A stretch of 63,240 nucleotides of DNA, counting the filler, from Reticulomyxa filosa (lineage: Eukaryota > Protista > Foraminifera), in the NCBI GenBank assembly GCA_000512085.1. It is 19 parts of 19 records of this genome, joined end to end, with 100 filler letters (N's around TTAATTAATTAA, not from the genome) between each part and the next. Parts side by side here need not be neighbours in the genome. Positions count along the whole stretch, not along the records: positions 11,315 to 14,085 come from ASPP01015387.1; positions 14,186 to 18,037 come from ASPP01010948.1; positions 18,138 to 20,045 come from ASPP01001155.1; positions 20,146 to 21,772 come from ASPP01002415.1; positions 21,873 to 23,019 come from ASPP01008265.1; positions 23,120 to 24,259 come from ASPP01037167.1; 13 more parts are not named here. One strand, written 5' to 3'. Positions 11,215 through 23,475 of this stretch are shown in pieces. Each line of letters starts with the position of its first letter. Positions within the stretch are counted from its first letter, which is position 1. The translations under genes were made by a program, and so were the position numbers. The notes under the pieces were generated by a model. That model had not been told where the DNA came from. It saw only the letters and a list, made by a program, of their open reading frames with translations, and ran no database searches.

Positions 11215-11553
11215 NNNNNNNNNNNNNNNNNNNNNNNNNNNNNNNNNNNNNNNNNNNNTTAATTAATTAANNNNNNNNNNNNNNNNNNNNNNNNNNNNNN
11301 NNNNNNNNNNNNNNTGCTCCGTCGTTCTGGGCAGCGCCACTTCGAAATAGCTTCGAGCACAGCCCGGCTCACTTCGAACCGTGGGGTCCTGCCATGCGAC
11401 GTCGTTCTTTTCCTCGCCTGCTACGCAAGGGCGTCCGAGCCGCCCGGAGAGGCCCTAGCGCAGGAAGACGGAGACTGCACTGTTGAGTTCCATGGAATCC
11501 TGACCCGCGATTTCCATCGAATATTGACCCACCCTCTTTGCGAGCCAGCCGGC

Positions 11554-12357
11554 TCACGGTGTGGATAAGTTCTTGGCTTTCTCCTTTTTAGGTTGGACTG
11601 CTTGAACGGGTTGAGCCGAGCTGTGCTTGAAGCGGAAGCTGTCGTTTCCGGTCTCCAGAATATGGCAGTGATGCGTGAGCCGGTCCAGCAACGCCGTCGT
11701 CATCTTCGCGTCGCCGAAGACGCTGGCCCACTCGCTGAAGCTCAAGTTGGTTGTGATCACCACGCTCGTGCGTTCGTAGAGTTTGGACAGCAGATGGAAC
11801 AACAGCGCGCCACCTGATGCGCTGAACGGCAGGTAGCCCAGTTCATCGAGCACCACCATGTCCGCGTACATCAGTCGGTGCGCGATGTGGCCGGGATTGC
11901 CACTGGCCTTCTCTTGCTCGAGTGCGTTGACCAGTTCTACCGTCGAGAAGAAGCGCACCCGGCGGTGTTGGTGCTCGATGGCCTGCACGCCCAGCGCCGT
12001 GGCGATGTGGGTCTTGCCGGTGCCCGGACCGCCCACGAGCACCACGTTCTGCGCATCGTCCATGAACTCGCATCGGTGTAGCTGACGCACCAGCGCCTCG
12101 TTGACCTCGCTGTTGGCGAAGTCGAAGCCAGCGAGATCGCGATAGGCTGGGAAGCGAGCGAGCTTCAACTGGTAGGCCACCGAGCGTACCTCCCGCTCGG
12201 CTGTCTCTGCCTTTAGCAACTGCGAGAGCATCGGTTGGGCCGCCTCGAAGGCCGGCGATCCCTGCTCGGCCAGCTCCGCGACGGCCTGGGCCATGCCGTG
12301 CATCTTGAGTTCGCGCAGCATGATCACGATGGCGCCGCTGGCAGGGTCATGTCGCAT
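11554..12357 (-). CDS. istB: IS21 helper AAA ATPase IstB
   Basis: Walker A GGPGTGKT, Walker [20 protein letters not shown]. Overlaps the istA end by 11 bp. Confidence 0.96.
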   Translation of the reverse strand: MRHDPASGAIVIMLRELKMHGMAQAVAELAEQGSPAFEAAQPMLSQLLKAETAEREVRSVAYQLKLARFPAYRDLAGFDFANSEVNEALVRQLHRCEFMDDAQNVVLVGGPGTGKTHIATALGVQAIEHQHRRVRFFSTVELVNALEQEKASGNPGHIAHRLMYADMVVLDELGYLPFSASGGALLFHLLSKLYERTSVVITTNLSFSEWASVFGDAKMTTALLDRLTHHCHILETGNDSFRFKHSSAQPVQAVQPKKEKAKNLSTP

Positions 12358-13936
12358 GGCGCACCTCCTGGCTACTCGACTTGGAGTTCAGCGGCCCGCG
12401 CAGGCCGCCAGCAGCGCTGGCACGCCCCCGGAGCGTGTCGTAGCGCAGCACATCGGCCTTCGGCTCGTTCATCAGGCGCAGTGCCTGCGGTGCCGTGACA
12501 GGCGCCGGCGCAATGGGCTTGGCATCGAGCAGTCGGTGCAGCACATTCAGCACATGAGTCTTGCTGGCCACGCCGGCTTCCAGCGCCAGTTCGACCGCGG
12601 TCAGCACTGCCTGCTCGTCGTGGTGCAGCACCAGCGCCAGGATCTCCACCATCTCGCGGTCTCCGCCTGGCTGCTTCAGCAGCGCGGCCTGCAGCCGCCG
12701 GAAGCCCTGCGGCAGCTCGCTGAAGGGCGCTCCGTTCCTGAGCGCTCCTGGCTTGCGTTGCAGCACTGCCAGGTAGTGCCTCCAGTCGTAGACGGTCTGA
12801 CCTGCGGTGTCGTGGCGACGGTCAATGATGCGCGTGTGCTCGCACACGATCTGGCCCTCGGCCGCCACGACGAGGCGTTCGGCGTACACGCGCAGGCTCA
12901 CTGGCCGGTTCGCGTAGGAGGCCGGAACGCTGTAACGGTTGCGCTCGAAGTGCACCAGGCAGGTGGGCGAGACGCGCTTGGTGTGTTCCACGAAACCATC
13001 GAAGGGTCTGGGGATCTGCAACAGTAGTGGCCGTTCCTGCGCCCAGACATCGGCTACGGTCCCTGGCAGCTTGCCGTGGACGATCTCGCCCCACAGCGCC
13101 TTGCAGCGGTCCTCCAGCCAGTCGTTGAGCAGCGCCAGCGTGGCGAACGCCGGCACAGGTTGCCACAACCGGTGGCGCGCATCACGCACGTTCTTCTCGA
13201 CCTGGCCCTTCTCCCAGCCCGAGGCCGGGTTGCAGAACTCGGCCTCGAACAGGTAGTGACTGACCATGGCGCTGAAGCGCGCGTTGATGTCGCGCTCCTT
13301 GCCGCGGCGTACCTTGTCCACGGCGGTCTTCATGTTGTCGTAGATGCCGCGCCGAGGCACGCCCCCGAGTACCTCGAAGGCCCGGTTGTGCGCATCGAAC
13401 AGCATCTCGTGGGTCTGCAACAGGTAGGCGCGCACGATGAACGCACGGCTGTGGCTGAGCTTGAAGTGCGCCACCTGCAGCTTGGTGCGTTCACCAGCGA
13501 TGACGGCCCAGTCCTCGCTCCAGTCGAACTGGAATGCCTCGCCGGGACCGAAGGCCAGAGGCACGAAGGTGCCGCGCCCGGTCGTCTGCTGGACCTCGTG
13601 GAGATGCGCATGCCACGCTCGTGCAAAGGCCGCCACGCGGTTGTAGGAGCCCTGGTAGCCCAGCGCCACCAGATCGGCGTGCATCTGCTTGAGCGTGCGC
13701 CGCTGCTTGCGTGACTTAGACGCCTCGCTCTTGAGCCAGCCGCCGAGCTTCTCGGCGAACGCGTCGAGCTTGCTCGGGCTGATGCGCTTCGCGTAGCTGG
13801 GCGCCGCCTCGCCCTCGCGAAGGTACTTGCGGATGGTGTTGCGAGACAAGCCCGTGCGCCGGGCTATCTCTCGGATGGACAGTTGCTCTCGCAGTGCCCA
13901 ACGCCTGATGACACTCAGTGTCGCCACGTCAATCAC
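12347..13936 (-). CDS. istA: IS21 transposase IstA
   Basis: N-terminal [27 protein letters not shown] motifs [21 protein letters not shown]. Also NRYSVP. Confidence 0.96.
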   Translation of the reverse strand: MIDVATLSVIRRWALREQLSIREIARRTGLSRNTIRKYLREGEAAPSYAKRISPSKLDAFAEKLGGWLKSEASKSRKQRRTLKQMHADLVALGYQGSYNRVAAFARAWHAHLHEVQQTTGRGTFVPLAFGPGEAFQFDWSEDWAVIAGERTKLQVAHFKLSHSRAFIVRAYLLQTHEMLFDAHNRAFEVLGGVPRRGIYDNMKTAVDKVRRGKERDINARFSAMVSHYLFEAEFCNPASGWEKGQVEKNVRDARHRLWQPVPAFATLALLNDWLEDRCKALWGEIVHGKLPGTVADVWAQERPLLLQIPRPFDGFVEHTKRVSPTCLVHFERNRYSVPASYANRPVSLRVYAERLVVAAEGQIVCEHTRIIDRRHDTAGQTVYDWRHYLAVLQRKPGALRNGAPFSELPQGFRRLQAALLKQPGGDREMVEILALVLHHDEQAVLTAVELALEAGVASKTHVLNVLHRLLDAKPIAPAPVTAPQALRLMNEPKADVLRYDTLRGRASAAGGLRGPLNSKSSSQEVRHAT

Positions 13937-14311
13937 TCCTGTGCTCCTGCTGCTAAAAGCAGCAGGTTAGGGTTATCACGTGGGTCAGATTTAGATGGAA
14001 ATCACCGGGCCAAGTGGGTCACTTCTGGATGGAAATCAACATACGGCGTTTTTGGCTGACTACTTTGTCAAGGACGCTTTCAGGANNNNNNNNNNNNNNN
14101 NNNNNNNNNNNNNNNNNNNNNNNNNNNNNTTAATTAATTAANNNNNNNNNNNNNNNNNNNNNNNNNNNNNNNNNNNNNNNNNNNNTGGAGTCGTATGCAA
14201 TACTTTTTTTTCCCAATGTGTTGTTTTTTTAAATTTATTTTTTTTTCCTCCTTTTTACAATAAAAATTATTTCTTCCCCCTTTTTTTTTTTTTTTTTTTT
14301 TTTTTTTCTCC

Positions 14312-15597
14312 TTACAAAAAAAGATAGCTGTATATATAAACTGTGTTTTGCTGTGAGCATAGTTGAATAAGAGGGGAACGGGAACAAAAGAGCATCTCGT
14401 AGTGGCTTACAGAAAAAGAATACAAACAAAAATCATCTTTGGGATGCTCATGATTTTTTGAGATGACGTCGTTTTTCTTGTCAATCTTGACTGTTATGTC
14501 AATGGGAATCTCATCCAAAAAGTTGCGATAGATATAAAGATCAAAGGATACGTATTTATTTTTGTCTTTTTTGTTTTTTGTCAATCCAAACGGTGAGCGT
14601 AATGCCAAACTCATTTCCCCATTGAGATCGATCATTGCGCCAATACAGCTGTCGATTGGAGTTTCTGCCGCCGTCTTCCTATTGTTGTTCGATTTTATTG
14701 CCAAATACACCTTTCCCTCCATTATCTCCATCCAAAATGTCTGATAAGTTAGATTTACTGGTTGTTCAGGCTCGTCCCTTATTGGCTAGCACACACATAC
14801 ATAACGAACATTTTCATTACGAAAAAAAATACGCATACTTATTATTATTATTTTTTTTTTTTTTGCTTTCAAGAAATTGAATGCAATCAAGATTTTGGCA
14901 AGAATCAAAAAAAAGTTTAGGATAAGTAAATAAATAAACTGTTGCATTTCGAATTTTTTCAAACCATAAACTTTTGAGCACTTTAATGGTTCCTTTTTTG
15001 TGACAACGTGTGAGCAGATTGTTTTGTATCTTTTGTGTTAAATGCACTTGGATTTGCAAAACAGAATTTTGAATGACGGAAATGTTTCCTTTTTTGGCGC
15101 TAACGCTGACGAACTCATTTAATTGTGCACTTATGTTTTTGCTGTTTTGGTGTGTGATGTGCAGCCATTCATCCTTGTCTTCCAAATTATATGTGACCTG
15201 AGGAGAGTTCTTCACTCATTTGTGCACAATTGCGTCCAACCTTTCGGCTCGTTACCCCCACTGCGTATTAAATCCAACGCGTCACACTTTGGGCAAAGCT
15301 CACGATAGCGCTTTATCTTTTCTTGTTCGTCACTGCTACCTAAACATTTAATTTTCAAAAAATACTTTTCTTTTTTTTTTGATTTTTTTTTAGTTTTTAT
15401 TTGATATTTTTTTCAAGGAAAAAAAAAGCAAAAGTAGAATCTTTGTTTACTCCCTTACTCAGTCTCATGTCGTCTTTCATTTGTCGGCCTGTCTGGTTAA
15501 ATACCCATTGTAACATTAACAACCGCAATTTTTTCGTTTGCGTAACTCTTTCGGCAAGAGCAGTAGTAGAAGTGCAACATTCGCGATCCTCCATCAC
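14312..15597 (-). CDS. Fragmented unknown eukaryotic coding region
   Basis: Several coding-like minus-strand ORF pieces separated by intron-like AT runs and stops. No domain recognised. Confidence 0.25.
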
Positions 15598-17169
15598 ACC
15601 ACGAGAGAAATCAAATTTGATCCGGTGACGCTATCGATTTACAAAAATCAATTTTCTTTGGGTCTTTCTACGCGAAAAGACTCTAGGACACCTAGCGCTA
15701 ACGTTGAAGACAAAAAAAAAATCAAGAGCAAAAATAAAATATACAACTACACTACACAAAGATCAGGATTAAAAGACTATGTCTTATGCACTCACTGTTC
15801 AAATGAAGCCATTGCGGTACACACTCAAAAAAAAAAATAAAATGAAAAGTTATATTAGCTAATATTATTTCATATTATACACGAGAAGTAATCTGGATCT
15901 ACATTTTTGCATGTATTAATAATTCGATTGACTAAATTTCTTTTTATGAATATAATCAAAATGTGCGTCATGATCAATATTTAAATATACCGATTTTACC
16001 TGGCAAAGAAAAGACAAGTCATTAAAATATTCATAAGTACATATTAAAAAGTTTTGTTCAAGATTGAATTACACAAGAAAAAGCTTTCATTTTTAGAATG
16101 TATTTGATCCGCAATATAATGCAACATTATTTTGACTTGTGAATTTGTGTATATTATTGATCTTAATCTGTTGTATTTATTATCTTACCACCAGTTTCCG
16201 TCTTGATTGGTTCGTTTATTCATTACAGTCGCCGGATCGCTGGTTAATATATGTTATTATAAAGCATTAAATATACATATATATTTTTCATCTACTTAAT
16301 TTTGGAAGAAATGTCGCAATTAATGGATGCTGCAATTAAGTTTTGAAAGAATTATAATGACAAAAAAATTTTTGGACTTTTGCTAAACACAAAATTTAGT
16401 TAAATTTGCAATTTACATTGAAAAATGTCTGTAACTTTTTCAAACTTAATTTATGTTATTTATTAATTTGGTTCATTAAATTTGTTTCGGTCATTGTTTC
16501 TACATATACAAGAACAAATGATAAATTGAAAAGTCCGCATATTCTGATTTTAGTTTTGTTTGATTTAATCCAAAAATTATAATTCCATCATTATTTGTTT
16601 GATTTTGAAATTTTTTTTTATGTGCGTATGCAAACATACTATTGTAAATAATACATTGATAGTGTTTTCTTTTTTTTGTGTTCTTTTGTTTAATTGTTTC
16701 AGTGAATTTCTAAGCATAGCAGATTTAAAAATATAACTTATTTTTTTTGAATTAAAATTAAGACTTATATCTTAATACAGAGCTGCTTGTCGATAATATG
16801 AGTAAAAGACAATATAAAAAAAGCCAATAAATGAAAAAATATTTGATATAATTGTTACACTGCAAATATCTGTTTGTCAAGTACAGATCAATACATTGAA
16901 CATGATCAAGATTATGCACAGCTAGTGAAATAGATTTTTTCAGCTCAAACAGGATTTTACAAAAGTTTCAGTTTTACTTTTACTACTCGTAATAAAACAG
17001 GATAAAAAAGAACATGATTGATGCTTTTTCTTAAAGAAAAACTATTAACTTGAATGATGCATTTATATTATTCTTTTGAATCAATGTTGCCTTTCTAATT
17101 TAAAATGATCTGTTTTTGCTTCTACTAATAAAGTAAAAAAACAGCATTAATTTGTTAGCTGGAGAATAT

Positions 17170-17378
17170 ATCATGGGGTAATAGTTACAGTTTTGGGCAA
17201 GATTTGATTGAACTATAAATGGCTTAACTCTTATCAGCAGGGAGCACCAATTAGTTATGGAAGGGTATATGACAAACATGTGATAGCTATCTTTAGTACT
17301 CCAAATTACTACTACCGATGCGGGAACCAATCTGTTGTTATGGAAATGGACGAACATTTGGAGCACACCTTGTTTGTT
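17170..17378 (+). pseudogene. PP2A-type Ser/Thr phosphatase catalytic subunit C-terminal relic
   Basis: GNSYSFGQD, INGLTLISREHQLVMEGY, and after a frameshift DKHVIAIFSTPNYYYRCGNQSVVMEMD. These match PP2A GAGYTFGQD, NGLTLVSRAHQLVMEGY and SAPNYCYRCGNQAAIME. Confidence 0.8.
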
Positions 17379-18530
17379 TTTTTTCTTTCATTTGATATAT
17401 TCTAACAATATTTGCTTGTTTCAAGAAAATACAAAAAAACTTAATCATATTGTTGGAGAAACAGTGATTTACTTCAACTGAATGCAAAGTTGAACAAGTT
17501 TGTCTTTTTCTTGATTTAACACTTATATTTTGTCTTCTGAATTGCTTCTTTTTAATTCTAATTTTTTGTTCTTAGCTCATTTTTATTTTTCATCAAAAAC
17601 AAAACTGATATAAGCTCATTTAGTTTGTCATCGAAGCTGCGACTGATTTATACAAAGAAAAAATTCAATAAATTTTTTTAGAGTAGTAACTTATTGCGTA
17701 AATGAGTATTTGAATTATTGTTGATGTAACACTGATGAGCCTGGTGTTACCTTGAATATGGTCATTTAATGAGATTTCATTGATAAGTTTTTTTTTTATG
17801 TGTTTTCTTGTGTCGGACTATCTTTTTTCAGTTTGTTGTAATTATTCTCAAGTTTTTATTAATATACTTTTTGCTTGTCTGTCAGCACGTCCTTTATTAA
17901 TTTTTTGATTAAGTTTTAATCATCAACATTGTTTTGAGTTAACGTAAAATCTTGAAAAAAACAGAGAAATTATAACAATTAAAAAGATGAAAAATAAGGA
18001 AATAATTGAAAATCATTGTTAATTATCTTTTGCTATGNNNNNNNNNNNNNNNNNNNNNNNNNNNNNNNNNNNNNNNNNNNNTTAATTAATTAANNNNNNN
18101 NNNNNNNNNNNNNNNNNNNNNNNNNNNNNNNNNNNNNGTCGTATTTGCTCCAAAAATGCCATTAGTCGTGACCTCCTTTGATGAGTGCAAACCATTGGGT
18201 ATGTCTAAAAATAAAAAGAATTTTTCATATAATAATAATAATTTATATTGTATTGTTTTTATAGGACGAATGGCGGCAATGGACTCGAACTCGTTGATCA
18301 TGTTGGGAAAAGTTGTGTCAGTAGAATACAAGTGAGACAAAATAATTGACACAAAAACTTTTAAATGAATGATTATTTTGTTTTAATAATTCCACCTTAT
18401 TTTTTAATAAAAACATTTTTGTTTTTTTGATTTTATTTTTTTTATGTGCAATATTAACATCACGTTATATAAGCACGAGTTCAATTTTAATATTTTCCCA
18501 CATTGACAGTATTAATATATACACATTTCT

Positions 18531-19050
18531 AATACTTTTTGATTAAAAAAATATTGATTCTCTCGCAACACAAAAGATTCTTTGTTTTCACAAAAAAGGA
18601 GGAATTAGAAAAAAATGGTGATAGCAAATTGTCCTATAAAAAAGTATTTTCTTTATAAAAAAACGCCCATGCCTTTTACATCCGTCCCGATACAAAGCCG
18701 TGAACTCCAGGATCCCCGGCCGCACGTACTACCATCTTTGTGCCCCACCCGGTCACGTTCCATTATAGTCCGCAGTGCTCAAGTCTCACAGACTAAAAGC
18801 GGTACTACCACAGCACTTTACCGCCAAGTGCTGCTTGGGGTAGTACCTGAGTGCATATTGTCTTAATTTGTATAGTACCAATTAAAATTTCATGCCCACT
18901 TTTTTTTTTTGAAAGATGATTGATGAATCCATTTTTTTGCAACAATTTGTTATCTTCCTGTTTTTTTCTAATTCATTCTTTTTTGTAAAACAACAAAAGA
19001 GCATTTTGCATTATGAGAGAAGTAATATTTTTCTAATCAAAAAATGTTTT
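18531..19050. mobile_element. MITE-like element: degenerate ~120-bp inverted repeats enclosing a GC-rich structured core
   Basis: Left arm TTTTTGATTAAAAAAATATTGATTCTCTC..CAAAAAAGGAGGAATTAGAAAAAAATGGTGATAGCAAATTGT matches the reverse complement of 18940-19050 (TTTTTGATTAGAAAAATATTACTTCTCTC..CAAAAAAGAATGAATTAGAAAAAAACAGGAAGATAACAAATTGT). Confidence 0.6.
18664..18899. ncRNA. Candidate structured RNA or structured repeat core (unassigned)
   Basis: About 54% GC by hand count (18664-18860) in very AT-rich flanks. Several hairpins; oligo-T 3' on either strand. Confidence 0.35.
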
Positions 19051-19467
19051 CAAACGACGAGTGGTTATGGATTTACTGCACCAATGTGCCTTAAAAGCAG
19101 TCCCAGATTTAAACATTTCTCTAGGTTTTCCTTGAGGTAATGTACATGACATTTTAGTTGCATTCATGTCTTCCCTTGGCTGTGGCACTTTTCATTAAAA
19201 ATGGAAAATGTTCACAGATAGCTGGATCAAAATTATCTTTTAAAAATAAATTTTTGATTTTTCAATCACAATTTTTCTACTTGCGTATATGTACTATCTT
19301 CTTCCTTTTAGAAAATGAAAAGTGTATTATTGAAAAAAAGGCAATGGCTTTTGAATATTTGTTCAAAGCAGCAGTCATTTTCTTATTTTAATTAAACATG
19401 GTTTCGATCATAAATAAATAAATAAGTTTATGATAACTTGATGAATAATGATGGTGTCATTATGAAA

Positions 19468-19958
19468 TTAAATTAACAGCAATTCTTCCAAAGCACTTGA
19501 TGTTGTTAATGCAACATTTTGCAAGTGAATGCTATTGTTGTCAATTGCGTCGTTTAGATTGACATTGCCGTTACCTTGATCAATTTGTGGATGTGCGGAT
19601 GATCGCTGTGGAAAATTGGATTGTAAGTGCATCAAAGGCAATAGATTGGGAATGACAGACATTGACTGCGCCCCTTGCCGAGGAGTGGCCATATTTTGTG
19701 CTTGAAATTGTTGGAACAACAATATTTGCTCTACGGCCAATCTCTGCTGTTGATATTGTTGCGCCAACATATCCCACAATGAATATTCACTTGCACATCG
19801 TCTATTTCATTCATTGGCATCATTTTTCCCATTTGCAGAGCAACCAAACAAACATAAAAAGAATTGGCGTAACTGATAAGCTTTGATTCTTCTTTCGTTG
19901 AAGATACTTTCATAATGTCTTCATTCGCTTCTTTACTTCCATGGTTTGATTTATTCAC
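19468..19958 (-). CDS. Gln-rich low-complexity protein fragment
   Basis: QQYQQQRL..QQFQAQ ORF with an upstream frameshifted piece. No domain recognised. Confidence 0.3.
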
Positions 19959-20145
19959 TTTTCTTCTTTTCTGTCCTGGGAGAAAACATCACTGGAACTC
20001 CTTCTTTGTTGGTTAAACTCGACACATTACAAAAACCAACATAAANNNNNNNNNNNNNNNNNNNNNNNNNNNNNNNNNNNNNNNNNNNNTTAATTAATTA
20101 ANNNNNNNNNNNNNNNNNNNNNNNNNNNNNNNNNNNNNNNNNNNN

Positions 20146-20813
20146 ATATATATATATATATATAGGTATATGTATATATGTTTACAATTAATACCATTGG
20201 CTGACTTTTGATCATTGCTATTGTTATTGTTGCCATTGTCGGCTACTCCTTCTTGAGTTTGGATTTTTCTTAAATGAGCTTGCAACTCTTGATTCGCTTG
20301 CTGGATCAATTGCGATTGCTGCTGCTGTTGATATAACATTTGTTGATGCTGTTGCTTTAACCATGCATTTTGCAGCGCGCTCATGGCCTCCCAGTTTGGA
20401 ACGAAATAATTCGTTGTATTAACATTGGCATTTGTATTTGTATTTGCATTTGTATTTGTATTTGTATTTGTATTTGTATTTGTTACTGTGTTTACTGTTG
20501 CGTTCATTGTTGACGATACATTGGCATTCGTTCCTATCGATGCTCCAAATGGCACCCCCTCATTTAGCACTCCCATTACATTGGTGAATGAAGAAACGCC
20601 CGGGTTTGATACTTGCGCCATTCCATTCTGTCCGGCGCTTGTCGAGTTGGGCGTGACTGAGGTTGATATGTTGTTGGCCTTCGGCTGTGACTTAGAGCCT
20701 TCCAGGGGTTGACCATTCAAAGATGTGATAGTTGTTTTTTGCTTATTTGGATCGCTAGATGGAGTAGAAGATGTACTTGAGACATGCAAACGTGATGTAT
20801 TGCCTGTATTCAT
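20146..20813 (-). CDS. Asn/Gln/Ser-rich low-complexity protein, first exon (3'-partial)
   Basis: ATG at 20813, TN repeats and a poly-Q stretch, running into a (TA)n intron. Head-to-head with CysRS. Confidence 0.6.
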
Positions 20814-21009
20814 CTTTCTACATGATACGTAGCAACCCCTTACGTTTTTTTCTTTCGATTTTCTTTTAAGGTATTTTTTTTAGCTTTTCCCCAATTAGAA
20901 AACGAGTTATATTGAAACTTAAAGCATTACAATATATTCAAAAAGTTTATCAAATTTCTAGTAATTTCAACAAAAATGCTGTAAAAAAAAGGGGTACTAT
21001 TGGGGTGTA

Positions 21010-21772
21010 ATGTTTCGTTGGTCGCGTCTTCGTGTCGTGCCTAGACAAAGAACACCAATATTGCAAGTATGCAACCGAGCTTATGGCAATCTGAAAATTT
21101 TGAGTCGATCAAAATCAGCGACGCAAAAGCTGGAGCGTCAACTTTATAAGTCAGATAAACGCGTGATCAGCACATTGCAACCTGACCCGGCGTATCCGCC
21201 ATGGCGAACCCCTTACAATGTTGGGGAAGAGCCCAAAGGAAGCAATGCAATAATGGTGCTAAATAGTTTGATTCCGTCGCAAAAAGTTCCATTTGTTCCG
21301 CAAAAAGCAATTTAGGTATCAATTAAAAAAAAAAAGAATTTATTTGAACAAGAAGGAGAAAGGAAGCAAAACATAAATTACTTTTTTAAAAAAATGTGAA
21401 TAGTGAAATGGTACAGTTGTGGTCCGACCGTGTACGCACCTTCTCACATGGGTCATGCCCGTACGTATATAACATTTGACATAATCCGCAATGTGTTGGA
21501 ATACTACTTTGGCTACCAAGTGAATTTGGTGATGAATATCACCGACATTGACGACAAGATCATTTTGGGAGCTCGCGAAAACTATCTCTTTCATGAGTAT
21601 GTGCGCAATGTCAACCAATTGGATCGAGGCCAAGTGATAAGCGACATTACCACTGCGTTGGAGATTATTTTGAAGAAGCGAAAACACGCAGTCAAAGTTC
21701 TACCCTTTTTTTTTTTTTTTAATAAATTAAATAAAAAAAGGGGGGGGGGGGGGGAAGAAGATTTTTCTTACC
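21010..21772 (+). CDS. CARS: Cysteinyl-tRNA synthetase, N-terminal part, with an Arg-rich presequence
   Basis: [43 protein letters not shown]. Intron 21316-21403. One base is missing near 21306. Confidence 0.92.
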
Positions 21773-21872
21773 NNNNNNNNNNNNNNNNNNNNNNNNNNNN
21801 NNNNNNNNNNNNNNNNTTAATTAATTAANNNNNNNNNNNNNNNNNNNNNNNNNNNNNNNNNNNNNNNNNNNN

Positions 21873-22103
21873 GAACACGAACACGAACACGAACAGGGAA
21901 TTGTCGTGTACGACATAACCGACCCCAAACTATTCGAAAACAGCAGCAAGCAATACGGGATCATCAAGCCCGACGAAATCATCAAACCTCGTTCCAGTGT
22001 AGACGACATTGATATCGATATCGATGTTGATGTTGATGCCGATAGTGATATCGATGAATTGTGGGAAACTGTGTCTTCTCCTAACAATCATAATAACAAT
22101 AGC

Positions 22104-22143
<40 letters not shown>

Positions 22144-23019
22144 TTAATAATAATAATAATAACAATAGTAATAATAATAATAATAATAATAACAATAACA
22201 ACAATAATAATAATAATAATAATAACAATGATGATGATTGGTGGGATGATTGGAATGCAGAGCTTCATTCAACTCCTGGGAACACACCCACTCCTAATCT
22301 TACCCCCACTCCTGACGGCTCTATCCCTATTGTCATCACTACTTCCAATTCCAATTCCAATTCCAATTCGAATTGGAATGTTCGTCATAGTAATAACACT
22401 CACCTCAATCCCAATTACAATCCCAATGTCAATGTCAATGCCAATGCCAATGCCAATACCAATAGCAGTGGCAATGGACCTACCATCACTGTAACAGTGA
22501 CTGAGAGCACGGACACAAAGGCGCATGAAAAAGCGGCCAACGAACAGGCGGGTCGAGACTGGAGTGAGTTGCCAGGCACGCGCAAGTCGGTGGATTACGG
22601 ACGCACGCGAGGCAACAGCAGTGACAAAGAGGCTTCTTCTCCGCCAGTCACGTATAAGCCATTGAAGCAAACAAAGACTTCCTCACCAATTGCAGCAGCA
22701 ACAACAACAACAGCGGCAACAACAACAACAAAGAAAGAAGACTCACCCAAGTCAATAACAAGGTCATATTCAGTGCATACGAAGATGAGATCGGGCAATG
22801 GATTCCGAGATTTTGTTCGATCCATTACGTCAAAGAACTTATTGCATCGCAACGACTCCAACGAAGACAATGCCAATGGTCATTCGTCGCCGAGACATGC
22901 CGAAGACTCTCCCACTCCGGGCAATGTCGCAACGGAAACAAAGGGATTCCAAAACAGTCCCAAGCCCGAAGCAACAGGAGGGTCTCCCTCTAAGAAAGCA
23001 ACAACAACAACAACAACAA
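21873..23019 (+). CDS. Internal exon of a poly-Asn/Thr low-complexity protein
   Basis: Stop-free frame across the whole contig, with AAT and ACA repeats. Confidence 0.6.
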
Positions 23020-23119
23020 NNNNNNNNNNNNNNNNNNNNNNNNNNNNNNNNNNNNNNNNNNNNTTAATTAATTAANNNNNNNNNNNNNNNNNNNNNNNNN
23101 NNNNNNNNNNNNNNNNNNN

Positions 23120-23475
23120 GAAAAAGTAGGCCTCCCTTTGCCTGCGGTGAATCAAATTGAGTTGCACCCTTGGCTTCAACAGAAAGAAATTATAAAACAT
23201 TGCCCCAAAGCAAAGGCATTGTGGTTGAGGTGTATTCGTCTTTGACCAAAGGACAGAGATTGAAAAAAACCAAATCAACATTTGCAGGAAATGAGTGGAA
23301 CGATAAAAAAAAAGTGTTCCTCAGTTGTTGATCAAATGGTCCTTGCAAAAGTAGTTATGGGTGTATTGTTATGTGGAACTGGGATATCGACAACAATGAT
23401 ATTCAGTTTTTTGATGGTTTGAATAAAAACTTTCATTGCACTTGGGATCCAACAAGGAAAGCATGGATAGTTTTT
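23120..23475 (+). pseudogene. Aldo-keto reductase C-terminal relic
   Basis: LPAVNQIELHPWLQQKEIIKHC / KGIVVEVYSSLTKG / PQLLIKWSLQK-stop / WDPT. Frameshifts present and the IPKS segment is missing. Confidence 0.8.

Larger units (their letters stand above)
11481..14041 (-). mobile_element. IS21-family insertion sequence (IS1326-like), 2561 bp
   Basis: Termini read TGTTGAGTTCCATG (11481) and, on the other strand, TGTTGATTTCCATC (14041). Each end has two TTCCAT-N-TGACCC subterminal repeats. Contains istA and istB. Confidence 0.93.

Noticed and set aside
11593-13901. Many overlapping ORFs within IS21
   Set aside because: They are shadow ORFs caused by high GC content opposite or within istA and istB.
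6814-14085. Horizontal transfer of bacterial genes or IS21 into the eukaryote, or IS21 inserted next to comEC
   Set aside because: The segments are separated by linkers and differ in composition, and there is no physical junction with host DNA.
18664-18899. Assignment of the structured core to U5 (GCCTTTTAC), SRP (TCAGGT-N8-AAGCAGC on the minus strand), U6, 5S or RNase MRP
   Set aside because: Only isolated short motifs match, and the required surrounding stems and GNRA loop are absent.
21930-22670. Poly-Ile/Leu/Tyr ORFs (also 26626-27110 and 54584-55762)
   Set aside because: These are alternative-frame readings of AAT microsatellites that encode poly-Asn.
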